Position numbers and translations under genes: made by a program. A stretch of 64,000 bases of DNA, from positions 223,696,001 through 223,760,000 of the forward strand of contig OZ024741.1 of the NCBI GenBank assembly GCA_964016885.1, written 5' to 3'. The stretch's first letter is position 1. The number at the start of each line of letters is the position of its first letter. The notes below the pieces were generated by a model, which was not told the origin of the DNA, did no database searches, and was given only the letters and a program-made list of their open reading frames with translations. This document shows, piece after piece, positions 12,601-27,330 of the stretch. This DNA is from Eledone cirrhosa. Lineage: Eukaryota.

Positions 12601-15600
12601 TATGGTGGTGGTGGTGGTGGTGGTGGTGACAATGATGGTATATATATGGTGATAGTGGAGGTGGTGGTGGTGGTGACAATGATGGTATGTATATGGTGAT
12701 AGTGGAGGTGGTGGAGGTGGTGGTGACAATGATGGTATATATATGGTGATAGTGGAGGTGGTGGTGGTGGTGACAATGATGGTATATATATGGTGATAGT
12801 GGAGGTGGTGACAATGATGGTATATATATGGTGATAGTGGAGGTGGTGGAGGTGGTGACAATGATGGTATATATATGGTGGTGGTGGAGGTGGTGGTGGT
12901 GGTGACAATGATGGTTTATATATGGTGATAGTGGAGGTGGTGGAGGTGGTGACAATGATGGTATATATATGGTGGTGGTGGAGGTGGTGGAGGTGGTGAC
13001 AATGATGGTATATATATGGTGATAGTGGAGGTGGTGGTGGTGGTGACAATGATGGTATATATATGGTGGTGGTGGTGGTGGTGGTGGTGACAATGATGGT
13101 ATGTATATGGTGATAGTGGAGGTGGTGGTGGTGGTGACAATGATGGTATATATATGGTGGTGGTGGAGGTGGTGGTGGTGGTGACAATGATGGTTTATAT
13201 ATGGTGATAGTGGAGGTGGTGACAATGATGGTATATATATGGTGGTGGTGGAGGTGGTGACAATGATGGTATATATATGGTGATAGTGGAGGTAGTGGAG
13301 GTGGTGGTGACAATGATGGTATATATATGGTGATAGTGGAGGTGGTGGTGGTGGTGGTGACAATGATGGTATATATATGGTGATAGTGGAGGTGGTGGAG
13401 GTGGTGACAATGATGGTATATATATGGTGATAGTGGAGGTGGTGGAGGTGGTGACAATGATGGTATATATATGGTGGTGGTGGAGGTGGTGGAGGTGGTG
13501 ACAATGATGTTATGTATATGGTGGTGGTGGAGGTGGTGGTGGTGGTGACAATGATGGTATGTATATGGTGATAGTGGAGGTGGTGGAGGTGGTGACAATG
13601 ATGGTATGTATATGGTGATAGTGGAGGTGGTGGTGGAGGTGGTGACAATGATGGTATATATATGGTGATAGTGGAGGTGGTGGTGGTGGTGACAATCATG
13701 GTATGTATATGGTGGTGGTGGAGGTGGTGGCAATGATGATATGTATATGGTGGAGGTGGAGGTGGTGGAGGTGGTGACAATGATGGTATATATATGGTGA
13801 TAGTGGAGGTGGTGGTGGTGGTGACAATGATGGTATGTATATGGTGATAGTGGAGGTGGTGGAGGTGGTGACAATGATGGTATATATATGGTGATAGTGG
13901 AGGTGGTGGAGGTGGTGACAATGATGGTATATATATGGTGATAGTGGAGGTGGAGGTGGTGACAATCATGGTATATATATTGTGGTGGTGGTGGTGACAA
14001 TGATGGTATATATATGATGATAGTGGAGGTGGTGGTGGTGGTGACAATGATGGTATATATATGGTGATAGTGGAGGTGGTGTTGGTGACAATGATGGTAT
14101 ATATATGGTGATAGTGGAGGTGGTGGAGGTGGTGACAATGATGGTATATATATGGTGATAGTGGAGGTGGTGGTGGTGGTGACAATGATGGTATGTATAT
14201 GGTGATAGTGGAGGTGGTGGAGGTGGTGGTGGTGGTGACAATGATGGTATATATATGGTGGTGGTGGAGGTGGTGGTGACAATGATGGTATGTATATGGT
14301 GATAGTGGAGGTGGTGGAGGTGGTGACAATGATGGTATGTATATGGTGATAGTGGAGGTGGTGGAGGTGGTGACAATGATGGTATATATATGGTGGTAGT
14401 GGAGGTGGTGGTGGTGGTGACAATGATGGTATATATATGGTGATAGTGGAGGTGGTGGAGGTGGTGACAATGATGGTATGTATATGGTGATAGTGGAGGT
14501 GGTGGAGGTGGTGACAATGATGGTATGTATATGGTGATAGTGGAGGTGGTGGTGACAATGATGGTATATATATGGTGATAGTGGAGGTGGTAGAGGTGGT
14601 GACAATGATGGTATGTATATGGTGATAGTGGAGGTGGTGGTGGTGGTGACAATGATGGTATATATATGGTGATAGTGGAGGTGGTGGAGGTGGTGACAAT
14701 GATGGTATGTATATGGTGATAGTGGAGGTGGTGGTGGTGGTGACAATGATGGTATGTATATGGTGATAGTGGAGGTGGTGGAGGTGGTGACAATGATGGT
14801 ATATATATGGTGATAGTGGAGGTGGTGGTGGTGGTGGTGACAATGATGGTATATATATGGTGGTAGTGGAGGTGGTGGTGGTGGTGACAATGATGGTATA
14901 TATATGGTGGTAGTGGAGGTGGTGACAATGATGGTATATATATGGTGGTAGTGGAGGTGGTGACAATGATGGTATATATATGGTGGTAGTGGAGGTGGTG
15001 GTGGTGGTGACAATGATGGTATGTATATGGTGATAGTGGAGGTGGTGGAGGTGGTGACAATGATGGTATATATATGGTGGTAGTGGAGGTGGTGACAATG
15101 ATGGTATATATATGGTGATAGTGGAGGTGGTGGTGGTGGTGACAATGATGGTATATATATGGTGATAGTGGAGGTGGTGGTGGTGGTGACAATGATGGTA
15201 TATATATGGTGATAGTGGAGGTGGTGACAATGATGGTATATATATGGTGGTGGTGGAGGTGGTGGTGGTGGTGACAATGATGGTATATATATGGTGATAG
15301 TGGAGGTGGTGGAGGTGGTGACAATGATGGTATATATATGGTGGTGGTGGAGGTGGTGGTGGTGGTGACAATGATGGTTTATATATGGTGATAGTGGAGG
15401 TGGTGACAATGATGGTATATATATGGTGGTGGTGGAGGTGGTGACAATGATGGTATATATATGGTGATAGTGGAGGTGGTGGTGGTGGTGACAATGATGG
15501 TATATATATGGTGATAGTGGAGGTGGTGGTGGTGGTGGTGACAATGATGGTATATATATGGTGATAGTGGAGGTGGTGGAGGTGGTGACAATGATGGTAT

Positions 15601-18600
15601 ATATATGGTGATAGTGGAGGTGGTGGAGGTGGTGACAATGATGGTATATATATGGTGGTGGTGGAGGTGGTGGAGGTGGTGACAATGATGTTATGTATAT
15701 GGTGGTGGTGGAGGTGGTGGTGGTGGTGACAATGATGGTATGTATATGGTGATAGTGGAGGTGGTGGAGGTGGTGACAATGATGGTATGTATATGGTGAT
15801 AGTGGAGGTGGTGGTGGAGGTGGTGACAATGATGGTATATATATGGTGATAGTGGAGGTGGTGGTGGTGGTGACAATCATGGTATGTATATGGTGGTGGT
15901 GGAGGTGGTGGCAATGATGGTATGTATATGGTGGTGGTGGAGGTGGTGGAGGTGGTGACAATGATGGTATATATATGGTGATAGTGGAGGTGGTGGTGGT
16001 GGTGACAATGATGGTATGTATATGGTGATAGTGGAGGTGGTGGAGGTGGTGACAATGATGGTATATATATGGTGATAGTGGAGGTGGTGGAGGTGGTGAC
16101 AATGATGGTATATATATGGTGATAGTGGAGGTGGAGGTGGTGACAATCATGGTATATATATTGTGGTGGTGGTGGTGACAATGATGGTATATATATGATG
16201 ATAGTGGAGGTGGTGGTGGTGGTGACAATGATGGTATATATATGGTGATAGTGGAGGTGGTGTTGGTGACAATGATGGTATATATATGGTGATAGTGGAG
16301 GTGGTGGAGGTGGTGACAATGATGGTATATATATGGTGATAGTGGAGGTGGTGGTGGTGGTGACAATGATGGTATGTATATGGTGATAGTGGAGGTGGTG
16401 GAGGTGGTGGTGGTGGTGACAATGATGGTATATATATGGTGGTGGTGGAGGTGGTGGTGACAATGATGGTATGTATATGGTGATAGTGGAGGTGGTGGAG
16501 GTGGTGACAATGATGGTATGTATATGGTGATAGTGGAGGTGGTGGAGGTGGTGGTGGTGGTGACAATGATGGTATATATATGGTGATAGTGGAGGTGGTG
16601 GAGGTGGTGACAATGATGGTATATATATGGTGGTAGTGGAGGTGGTGGTGGTGGTGACAATGATGGTATATATATGGTGATAGTGGAGGTGGTGGAGGTG
16701 GTGACAATGATGGTATGTATATGGTGATAGTGGAGGTGGTGGAGGTGGTGACAATGATGGTATGTATATGGTGATAGTGGAGGTGGTGGTGACAATGATG
16801 GTATATATATGGTGATAGTGGAGGTGGTAGAGGTGGTGACAATGATGGTATGTATATGGTGATAGTGGAGGTGGTGGTGGTGGTGACAATGATGGTATAT
16901 ATATGGTGATAGTGGAGGTGGTGGAGGTGGTGACAATGATGGTATGTATATGGTGATAGTGGAGGTGGTGGTGGTGGTGACAATTATGGTATGTATATGG
17001 TGATAGTGGAGGTGGTGGAGGTGGTGACAATGATGGTATATATATGGTGATAGTGGAGGTGGTGGTGGTGGTGGTGACAATGATGGTATATATATGGTGG
17101 TAGTGGAGGTGGTGGTGGTGGTGACAATGATGGTATATATATGGTGGTAGTGGAGGTGGTGACAATGATGGTATATATATGGTGGTAGTGGAGGTGGTGA
17201 CAATGATGGTATATATATGGTGGTAGTGGAGGTGGTGGTGGTGGTGACAATGATGGTATGTATATGGTGATAGTGGAGGTGGTGGAGGTGGTGACAATGA
17301 TGGTATATATATGGTGGTAGTGGAGGTGGTGACAATGATGGTATATATATGGTGATAGTGGAGGTGGTGGTGGTGGTGACAATGATGGTATATATATGGT
17401 GATAGTGGAGGTGGTGGTGGTGGTGACAATGATGGTATATATATGGTGATAGTGGAGGTGGTGACAATGATGGTATATATATGGTGGTGGTGGAGGTGGT
17501 GGTGGTGGTGACAATGATGGTATATATATGGTGATAGTGGAGGTGGTGGTCGCGGTGGTGACAATGATGGTATGTATATGGTGATAGTGGAGGTGGTGGT
17601 GGTGGTGACAATGATGGTATATATATGGTGATAGTGGAGGTGGTGGAGGTGGTGACAATGATGGTATATATATGGTGATAGTGGAGGTGGTGGAGGTGGT
17701 GACAATGATGGTATGTATATGGTGATAGTGGAGGTGGTGGTGGTGGTGACAATGATGGTATGTATATGGTGATAGTGGAGGTGGTGGTGGTGGTGACAAT
17801 GATGGTATGTATATGGTGATAGTGGAGGCGGTGGTGGTGGTGACAATGATGGTAGTGGAGGTGGTGGTGGTGGTGACAATGATGGTATATATATGGTGGT
17901 GGTGGAGGTGGTGGTGGTGTTGACAATGATGGTATGTATATGGTGGTGGTGGTAGTGGTGACAATGATGGTATATATATGGTGATAGTGGAGGTGGTGGT
18001 GGTGGTGACAATGATGGTATATATATGGTGGTGGTGGAGGTGGTGGAGGTGGTGACAATGATGGTATATATATGGTGGTGGTGGAGGTGGTGGAGGTGGT
18101 GACAATGATGGTATGTATATGGTGATAGTGGAGGTGGTGGAGATGGTGGTGGTGGTGACAATGATGGTATGTATATGGTGATAGTGGAGGTGGTGGAGGT
18201 GGTGACATTGATGGTATGTATATGGTGATAGTGGAGGTGGTGACAATGATGGTATGTATATGGTGATAGTGGAGGTGGTGGTGGTGGTGGTGGTGGTGAC
18301 AATGATGGTATATATATGGTGATAGTGGAGGTGGTGGTGGTGGTGACAATGATGGTATGTATATGGTGATAGTGGAGGTGGTGGAGGTGGTGGTGACAAT
18401 GATGGTATATATATGGTGATAGTGGAGGTGGTGGTGGTGGTGACAATGATGGTATGTATATGGTGATAGTGGAGGTGGTGGAGGTGGTGGTGACAATGAT
18501 GGTATATATATGGTGATAGTGGAGGTGGTGGAGGTGGTGACAATGATGGTATATATATGGTGGTGGTGGAGGTGGTGGTGGTGGTGACAATGATGGTTTA

Positions 18601-21600
18601 TATATGGTGATAGTGGAGGTGGTGGAGGTGGTGACAATGATGGTATATATATGGTGGTGGTGGAGGTGGTGGAGGTGGTGACAATGATGGTATATATATG
18701 GTGGTGGTGGAGGTGGTGACAATGATGGTATATATATGGTGATAGTGGAGGTAGTGGAGGTGGTGGTGACAATGATGGTATATATATGGTGATAGTGGAG
18801 GTGGTGGTGGTGACAATGATGGTATATATATGGTGATAGTGGAGGTGGTGGAGGTGGTGACAATGATGGTATATATATGGTGATAGTGGAGGTGGTGGAG
18901 GTGGTGACAATGATGGTATATATATGGTGGTGGTGGAGGTGGTGGCGGTGGTGACAATGATGGTATATATATGGTGATAGTGGAGGTGGTGGTGGTGGTG
19001 ACAATGATGTTATGTATATGGTGGTGGTGGAGGTGGTGGTGGTGGTGACAATGATGGTATGTATATGGTGATAGTGGAGGTGGTGGAGGTGGTGGAGGTG
19101 GTGACAATGATGGTATGTATATGGTGATAGTGGAGGTGGTGGTGGAGGTGGTGACAATGATGGTATATATATGGTGATAGTGGAGGTGGTGGTGGTGGTG
19201 ACAATCATGGTATGTATATGGTGGTGGTGGAGGTGGTGGCAATGATGGTATGTATATGGTGGTGGTGGAGGTGGTGGAGGTGGTGACAATGATGGTATAT
19301 ATATGGTGATAGTGGAGGTGGTGGTGGTGGTGACAATGATGGTATGTATATGGTGATAGTGGAGGTGGTGGAGGTGGTGACAATGATGGTATATATATGG
19401 TGATAGTGGAGGTGGTGGAGGTGGTGACAATGATGGTATATATATGGTGATAGTGGAGGTGGAGGTGGTGACAATCATGGTATATATATTGTGGTGGTGG
19501 TGGTGATAATGATGGTATATATATGATGATAGTGGAGGTGGTGGTGGTGGTGACAATGATGGTATATATATGGTGATAGTGGAGGTGGTGGAGGTGGTGT
19601 TGGTGACAATGATGGTATATATATGGTGATAGTGGAGGTGGTGGAGGTGGTGACAATGATGGTATATATATGCTGATAGTGGAGGTGGTGGTGGTGGTGA
19701 CAATGATGGTATATATATGGTGGTGGTGGAGGTGGTGGTGGTGGTGACAATGATGGTATATATATGGTGATAGTGGAGGTGGTGGAGGTGGTGACAATGA
19801 TGGTATGTATATGGTGATAGTGGAGGTGGTGGAGGTGGTGGTGGTGGTGACAATGATGGTATATATATGGTGATAGTGGAGGTGGGGGAGGTGGTGACAA
19901 TGATGGTATATATATGGTGGTAGTGGAGGTGGTGGTGGTGGTGACAATGATGGTATATATATGGTGATAGTGGAGGTGGTGGAGGTGGTGATAATGATGG
20001 TATGTATATGGTGATAGTGGAGGTGGTGGAGGTGGTGACAATGATGGTATGTATATGGTGATAGTGGAGGTGGTGGAGGTGGTGGTGACAATGATGTTAT
20101 ATATATGGTGATAGTGGAGGTGGTGGAGGTGGTGACAATGATGGTATGTATATGGTGATAGTGGAGGTGGTGGTGGTGGTGACAATGATGGTATATATAT
20201 GGTGATAGTGGAGGTGGTGGAGGTGGTGACAATGATGGTATGTATATGGTGATAGTGGAGGTGGTGGTGGTGGTGACAATGATGGTATGTATATGGTGAT
20301 AGTGGAGGTGGTGGAGGTGGTGACAATGATGGTATATATATGGTGATAGTGGAGGTGGTGGTGGTGGTGGTGACAATGATGGTATATATATGGTGGTAGT
20401 GGAGGTGGTGGTGGTGGTGACAATGATGGTATATATATGGTGGTAGTGGAGGTGGTGACAATGATGGTATATATATGGTGGTAGTGGAGGTGGTGACAAT
20501 GATGGTATATATATGGTGGTAGTGGAGGTGGTGGTGGTGGTGACAATGATGGTATGTATATGGTGATAGTGGAGGTGGTGGAGGTGGTGACAATGATGGT
20601 ATATATATGGTGGTAGTGGAGGTGGTGACAATGATGGTATATATATGGTGATAGTGGAGGTGGTGGTGGTGGTGACAATGATGGTATATATATGGTGATA
20701 GTGGAGGTGGTGGTGGTGGTGACAATGATGGTATATATATGGTGATAGTGGAGGTGGTGGAGGTGGTGACAATGATGGTATATATATGGTGGTGGTGGAG
20801 GTGGTGGTGGTGGTGACAATGATGGTATATATATGGTGATAGTGGAGGTGGTGACAATGATGGTATGTATATGGTGATAGTGGAGGTGGTGGTGGTGGTG
20901 ACAATGATGGTATATATATGGTGATAGTGGAGGTGGTGGAGGTGGTGACAATGATGGTATATATATGGTGATAGTGGAGGTGGTGGAGGTGGTGACAATG
21001 ATGGTATGTATATGGTGATAGTGGAGGTGGTGGTGGTGGTGACAATGATGGTATGTATATGGTGATAGTGGAGGTGGTGGTGGTGGTGACAATGATGGTA
21101 TGTATATGGTGATAGTGGAGGCGGTGGTGGTGGTGACAATGATGGTAGTGGAGGTGGTGGTGGTGGTGACAATGATGGTATATATATGGTGGTGGTGGTG
21201 GTGGTGGTGACAATGATGGTATATATATGGTGGTGGTGGAGGTGGTGGTGGTGTTGACAATGATGGTATGTATATGGTGGTGGTGGTAGTGGTGACAATG
21301 ATGGTATATATATGGTGATAGTGGAGGTGGTGGTGGTGGTGACAATGATGGTATATATATATGGTGGTGGTGGAGGTAGTGGAGGTGGTGACAATGATGG
21401 TATGTATATGGTGATAGTGGAGGTGGTGGAGATGGTGGTGGTGGTGACAATGATGGTATGTATATGGTGATGGTGGAGGTGGTGACATTGATGGTATGTA
21501 TATGGTGATAGTGGAGGTGGTGGAGGTGGTGACAATGATGGTATGTATATGGTGATAGTGGAGGTGGTGGTGGTGGTGGTGGTGGTGACAATGATGGTAT

Positions 21601-24600
21601 ATATATGGTGATAGTGGAGGTGGTGGTGGTGGTGACAATGATGGTATGTATATGGTGATAGTGGAGGTGGTGGTGACAATGATGGTATATATATGGTGAT
21701 AGTGGAGGTGGTGGTGGTGGTGACAATGATGGTATGTATATGGTGATAGTGGAGGTGGTGGAGGTGGTGGTGACAATGATGGTATATATATGGTGATAGT
21801 GGAGGTGGTGGAGGTGGTGACAATGATGGTATATATATGGTGGTGGTGGAGGTGGTGGTGGTAGTGACAATGATGGTTTATATATGGTGATAGTGGAGGT
21901 GGTGGAGGTGGTGACAATGATGGTATATATATGGTGGTGGTGGAGGTGGTGGAGGTGGTGACAATGATGGTATATATATGGTGATAGTGGAGGTGGTGGT
22001 GGTGGTGACAATGATGGTATATATATGGTGGTGGTGGTGGTGGTGGTGGTGGTGACAATGATGGTATGTATATGGTGATAGTGGAGGTGGTGGTGGTGGT
22101 GGTGACAATGATGGTATATATATGGTGATAGTGGAGGTGGTGGAGGTGGTGACAATGATGGTATGTATATGGTGATAGTGGAGGTGGTGGAGGTGTTGAC
22201 AATGATGGTATGTATATGGTGATAGTGGAGGTGGTGGTGGTGGTGACAATGATGGTATGTATATGGTGATAGTGGAGATGGTGGAGGTGGTGACAATGAT
22301 GGTATGTATATGGTGGAGGTGGTGGTGGTGGTGACAATGATGGTATATATATGGTGATAGTGGAGGTGGTGGAGGTGGTGACAATGATGGTATATATATG
22401 GTGGTGGTGGAGGTGGTGGTGGTGGTGACAATGATGGTTTATATATGGTGATAGTGTAGGTGGTGACAATGATGGTATATATATGGTGGTGGTGGAGGTG
22501 GTGGTGGTGGTGACAATGATGGTATATATATGGTGGTGGTGGAGGTGGTGACAATGATGGTATATATATGGTGATAGTGGAGGTAGTGGAGGTGGTGGTG
22601 ACAATGATGGTATTTATATGGTGATAGTGGAGGTGGTGGTGGTGGTGGTGACAATGATGGTATATATATGGTGATAGTGGAGGTGGTGGAGGTGGTGACA
22701 ATGATGGTATATATATGGTGATAGTGGAGGTGGTGGAGGTGGTGACAATGATGGTATATATATGGTGGTGGTGGAGGTGGTGACAATGATGGTATATATA
22801 TGGTGATAGTGGAGGTGGTGGTGGTGGTGACAATGATGTTATGTATATGGTGGTGGTGGAGGTGGTGGTGGTGGTGACAATGGTGGTATGTATATGGTGA
22901 TAGTGGAGGTGGTGGAGGTGGTGACAATGATGGTATGTATATGGTGATAGTGGAGGTGGTGGTGGAGGTGGTGACAATGATGGTATATATATGGTGATAG
23001 TGGAGGTGGTGGTGGTGGTGACAATCATGGTATGTATATGGTGGTGGTGGAGGTGGTGGCAATGATGGTATGTATATGGTGGTGGTGGAGGTGGTGGAGG
23101 TGGTGACAATGATGGTATATATATGGTGATAGTGGAGGTGGTGGTGGTGGTGACAATGATGGTATGTATATGGTGATAGTGGAGGTGGTGACAATGATGG
23201 TATATATATGGTGATAGTGGAGGTGGTGGAGGTGGTGACAATGATGGTATATATATGGTGATAGTGGAGGTGGAGGTGGTGACAATCATGGTATATATAT
23301 GGTGGTGGTGGTGGTGACAATGATGGTATATATATGATGATAGTGGAGGTGGTGGTGGTGGTGACAATGATGGTATATATATGGTGATAGTGGAGGTGGT
23401 GGAGGTGGTGTTGGTGACAATGATGGTATATATATGGTGATAGTGGAGGTGGTGGAGGTGGTGACAATGATGGTATATATATGGTGATAGTGGAGGTGGT
23501 GGTGGTGGTGACAATGATGGTATGTATATGGTGATAGTGGAGGTGGTGGAGGTGGTGGTGGTGGTGACAATGATGGTATATATATGGTGGTGGTGACAAT
23601 GATGGTATGTATATGGTGATAGTGGAGGTGGTGGAGGTGGTGGTGGTGGTGACAATGATGGTATATATATGGTGATAGTGGAGGTGGTGGAGGTGGTGAC
23701 AATGATGGTATGTATATGGTGATAGTGGAGGTGGTGGTGGTGGTGACAATGATGGTATATATATGGTGGTGGTGGAGGTGGTGGTGGTGGTGACAATGAT
23801 GGTATGTATATGGTGATAGTGGAGGTGGTGGTGGTGGTGACAATGATGGTATATATATGGTGATAGTGGAGGTGGTGGAGGTGGTGACAATGATGGTATA
23901 TATATGGTGATAGTGGAGGTGGTGACAATGATGGTATATATATGGTGATAGTGGAGGTGGTGACAATGATGGTATGTATATGGTGATAGTGGAGGTGGTG
24001 GAGGTGGTGACAATGATGGTATATATATGGTGGTGGTGGTGGTGGTGACAATGATGGTATATATATGATGATAGTGGAGGTGGTGGTGGTGGTGACAATG
24101 ATGGTATATATATGGTGATAGTGGAGGTGGTGGAGGTGGTGACAATGATGGTATATATATGGTGATGGTGGAGGTGGTGGAGGTGATGACAATGATGGTA
24201 TATATATGGTGATAGTGGAGGTGGTGGAGGTGGTGACAATGATGGTATATATATGGTGATAGTGGAGGTGGTGGAGGTGGTGACAATGATGGTATATATA
24301 TGGTGATAGTGGAGGTGGTGGAGGTGGTGACAATGATGGTATATATATGGTGATAGTGGAGGTGGTGGAGGTGGTGACAATGATGGTATATATATGGTGA
24401 TAGTGGAGGTGGTGGTGGTGGTGACAATGATGGTATATATATGGTGGTGGTGGTGTTGACAATGACGGTATGTATATGGTGATTGTGGAGGTGGTGGAGG
24501 TGGTGACAATGATGGTATATATATGGTGATGGTGGAGGTGGTGGAGCTGGTGACAATGATGGTATATATATGGTGATAGTGGAGGTGGTGGAGGTGGTGA

Positions 24601-24765
24601 CAATGATGGTATGTATATGGTGATAGTGGAGGTGGTGGTGGTGGTGACAATGATGGTATATATATATATATGGTGGTGGTGGTGGAGGTGGTGGAGGTGG
24701 TGACAATGATGGTATATATATGGTGGTGGTGGAGGTGGTGGTGGTGGTGACAATGATGGTATGTA
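9640..24765. repeat. Minisatellite B: GACAATGATGGTATRTATATGGTGATAGTGGAG(GTG/GAG)n, mostly 40-58 bp units, ~15 kb
   Basis: Roughly 300 tandem units; variant markers recur in multi-kb blocks. Confidence 0.98.
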
Positions 24766-24935
24766 AGGAGATGTCTAAGAGAGATGTGACAGATCTGATA
24801 ATTCTGATATTGTTTTTGTTCTTACAGCTGGAAGTTGTTGGAGGTGGTGGTGGTGGTAGTATAGTAGATGAGGGCAATGGTAATGTGGCGAAGGAGGGGG
24901 ATGGTACTATTGGTGTTGATGTTGGTGGTAGTAGT

Positions 24936-25442
24936 GTTTCTACTTTTGGCACAAGGCCAGCAATTACCCCAGTGCATTACTGGTACTTTATTTTATCGAC
25001 CCCGTAAGGATGAAAGGCAAAGTTAACCTCAGCAGGACTTGAACGTAAAGTGCCGGAACTCAATGCCAATCTACCGCCTCAATCTAATAATTGTTTCTAC
25101 TTTTGGCACAAGGCCAGCAATTCCCCCAGTGCATTACTGGTACTTTATTTTATCGACCCCATAAGGATGAAAGGCAAGGTTAACCTCAGCAGGATTTGAA
25201 CTTAGAACGTAAAGTGCCGTAACTCAATGCCAATCTACCGCCTCAATCTAATAATTGTTTCTACTTTTGGCACAAGGCCAGCAATTACCCCAGTGCATTA
25301 CTGGTACTTTATTTTATCGACCTCGTAAGGATGAAAGGCAAAGTTATCCTTGGCGGGATTTGAACTCAGGTCATAAAGGGCCGTAACTCTATCTGCAAAA
25401 CATGGCGTCTGACTCTCTAACGATACTGCCAATCCACCGCCC
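24936..25442 (-). mobile_element. Three head-to-tail copies of tRNA-type SINE family B
   Basis: Units start at 24936, 25093 and 25257; minus strand has A/B-box-like GGCAGTATCGTTAG and GAGTTCAAATCC plus TTTGCCTTTCATCCTT..GGTCGATAAAATAAAGTACC core. Confidence 0.85.
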
Positions 25443-25537
25443 TGGTAGTATTAATGGTGGGTTTATTGGTGTTAATGATGATAGAGGTTGTATTGAAGCT
25501 GCACCTGCTTTTATGGTGGTGGTAGTAGTGGTGTTAA

Positions 25538-25754
25538 CCTTTTAGCATTTAAACCGGCCGTATCCGTCCAGAATTCTCTCACCTCTTTCTGTTCAACTTG
25601 GCCATAACCGGCCTGTCTTACTTATGTTAAGGTATTATTCTCAAAATAAATAATATCAAAATCTCATAGATTTGATATTATATGAGATATATGAGAGAAA
25701 GCCTTTACTATGGAAATACAATAGTAAATATAGAGTAATGTAAATGATAAAGGG
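25538..25754. mobile_element. piggyBac-type MITE, copy 1
   Basis: TTAA-CCTTTTAGCATTTA...TAAATGATAAAGGG-TAA; homologous to 26734-26941. Confidence 0.7.
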
Positions 25755-25839
25755 TAATGTTTATGATTGTTAATGGTGGTGGTGGTAGGGTTTAGAACTA
25801 TTAATGTTAAATTTATTTTTATTTTTTTTTATTGGTTTG

Positions 25840-26330
25840 ATCTGGAGGATGATGATGAGCAGGAGGAGGCGGAGTAGGATATAGATACGGGTGGTAGAGG
25901 GTATGGTGGTGGTGGTGTTGGAAGTGGCTTTTCTTTAAAATTTTCCTTTTCTCTCATGTTAAAGGTAGTTGTAATTGCGGTAATAGTAGTGGTGGTGGAA
26001 GTAGGGTAGTAATGACAGTGACAGTGATGGTGGTGGTAGCGGTGGTGGCGGTAGTAGTGATGGTGGTGGCGGTGGCGGTGGCGGTGATGGTGGTGGCGGC
26101 GGCCGCAGAGGTAGGGACGTTTACCAATATACAATAAATTTAGTAATGCTTAAAGTTGACAAGCAATTTATCTTCATTGTATTTTAAATAGACAGGTAGT
26201 GGTGGTAGTAGATGGGGGGGGGTGAAGTGTGGGAGGAGACACAAGATGGGGGTGAGGGAGAGATAGGAAGAGAAAGATGGATGAGAGGAAAAAAGGGTAG
26301 TGGTGGTGGTAGAAAGAGATAGAATATATA
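25840..26330. repeat. GGT/GGA-rich low-complexity tract
   Basis: Direct inspection. Confidence 0.7.
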
Positions 26331-26733
26331 TTTATATAAGAGAGAGAGGTGGGGAAATATTAAAGAAAAGTACCAGTGTTGCTACTACTACTACTGTTGC
26401 TAACATCTTTATTATGTCTTCCACACATCCCAATAGAATAACACAGCCACAAGTTTCTTCCCTTTGATTTTCACAAGCAATTTGTTTCCAACCCAAATTT
26501 CCCAATTCTCCAGTAGTTCATGGCTACTTCTGGCTGTTTGTTTGAATGTTTGACAAAATATTATAATGAAAGAAATTATTTTATTTATTTCAGTCATTAG
26601 ACTTCAGCCATGCTGGGGCTTCACTGTAATTTAGTTAATCATATCTGCCATAACCATGTGATTCACCTAAAAAATTTTAAACACATTCTATTGATATCTG
26701 CCATAAATTCTTGAACAAACTAAATTTGTTTAA

Positions 26734-26941
26734 CCCTTTAGTATTTAAACCAGCTGTATACAGTCAGAATTCTCTCACCTCTTCCTGTTCAAACTGGCCA
26801 TAACCGGCCCCTCATACTGATGTTATAGTATTGTTCTCAAAATAAATAACATCAAAATCTCATAGATTCAATATTATGTGAGGTAAAGCCTTTACTGTAA
26901 AAATACAATAGTAGATATAGAGTAATGTAAAAGCTAAAGGG
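26734..26941. mobile_element. piggyBac-type MITE, copy 2
   Basis: TIR CCCTTTAG/CTAAAGGG flanked by TTAA on both sides (26730-26733, 26942-26945). Confidence 0.78.
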
Positions 26942-26984
26942 TTAAGTCCATTGAAAACTTGCTCAAGAAAGGGTCGGAAGAATT

Positions 26985-27330
26985 TTTCAGTTGTGCCATA
27001 GACATGACAACCTTCTTAGCATTGAGGACGTACACAATAAACACACCCAGTACAATCTGTAAAGTGGTTGGTGATAGGAAGGACATCCATCTGTGAAAAC
27101 ATGTCAAACAAAGGGTCGGGAGGACTCATTAGTTGTGTTTAGTACATGACAACTTTCCTAGTGCTAATACCATGATAAAATGCACTCAGTAGAGTAGGAT
27201 CATATGTCGCCACCCTCGCCCACCCTCCAAGTAACTTGAAGGTCTGTGGCTCCACTTGACTCATTCTGTGATGACACATAACTCTTGCTAACAGGGAAAA
27301 TGGACATTAAATGATCATGATGATGGTGAT
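26985..27330 (+). mobile_element. Degenerate SINE/RTE-tail module with internal duplication
   Basis: GTGGTTGGTGATAGGAAGGACATCC; ends CTTGCTAACAGGGAAAATGGACATTAAATGATCATGATG; related to 32695-32950. Confidence 0.6.

Noticed and set aside
6866-18910. 4014 aa ORF and overlapping giant ORFs as an extensin-, mucin- or His-rich protein gene
   Set aside because: All frames give the same rotating peptide, the listed starts are non-ATG codons inside repeat units, and there is no signal peptide or unique domain; explained by satellite composition.
24810-24935. Splice acceptor TTTTTGTTCTTACAG followed by a possible exon
   Set aside because: Downstream sequence is GGT low-complexity running into a SINE; no recognisable protein or partner exons.
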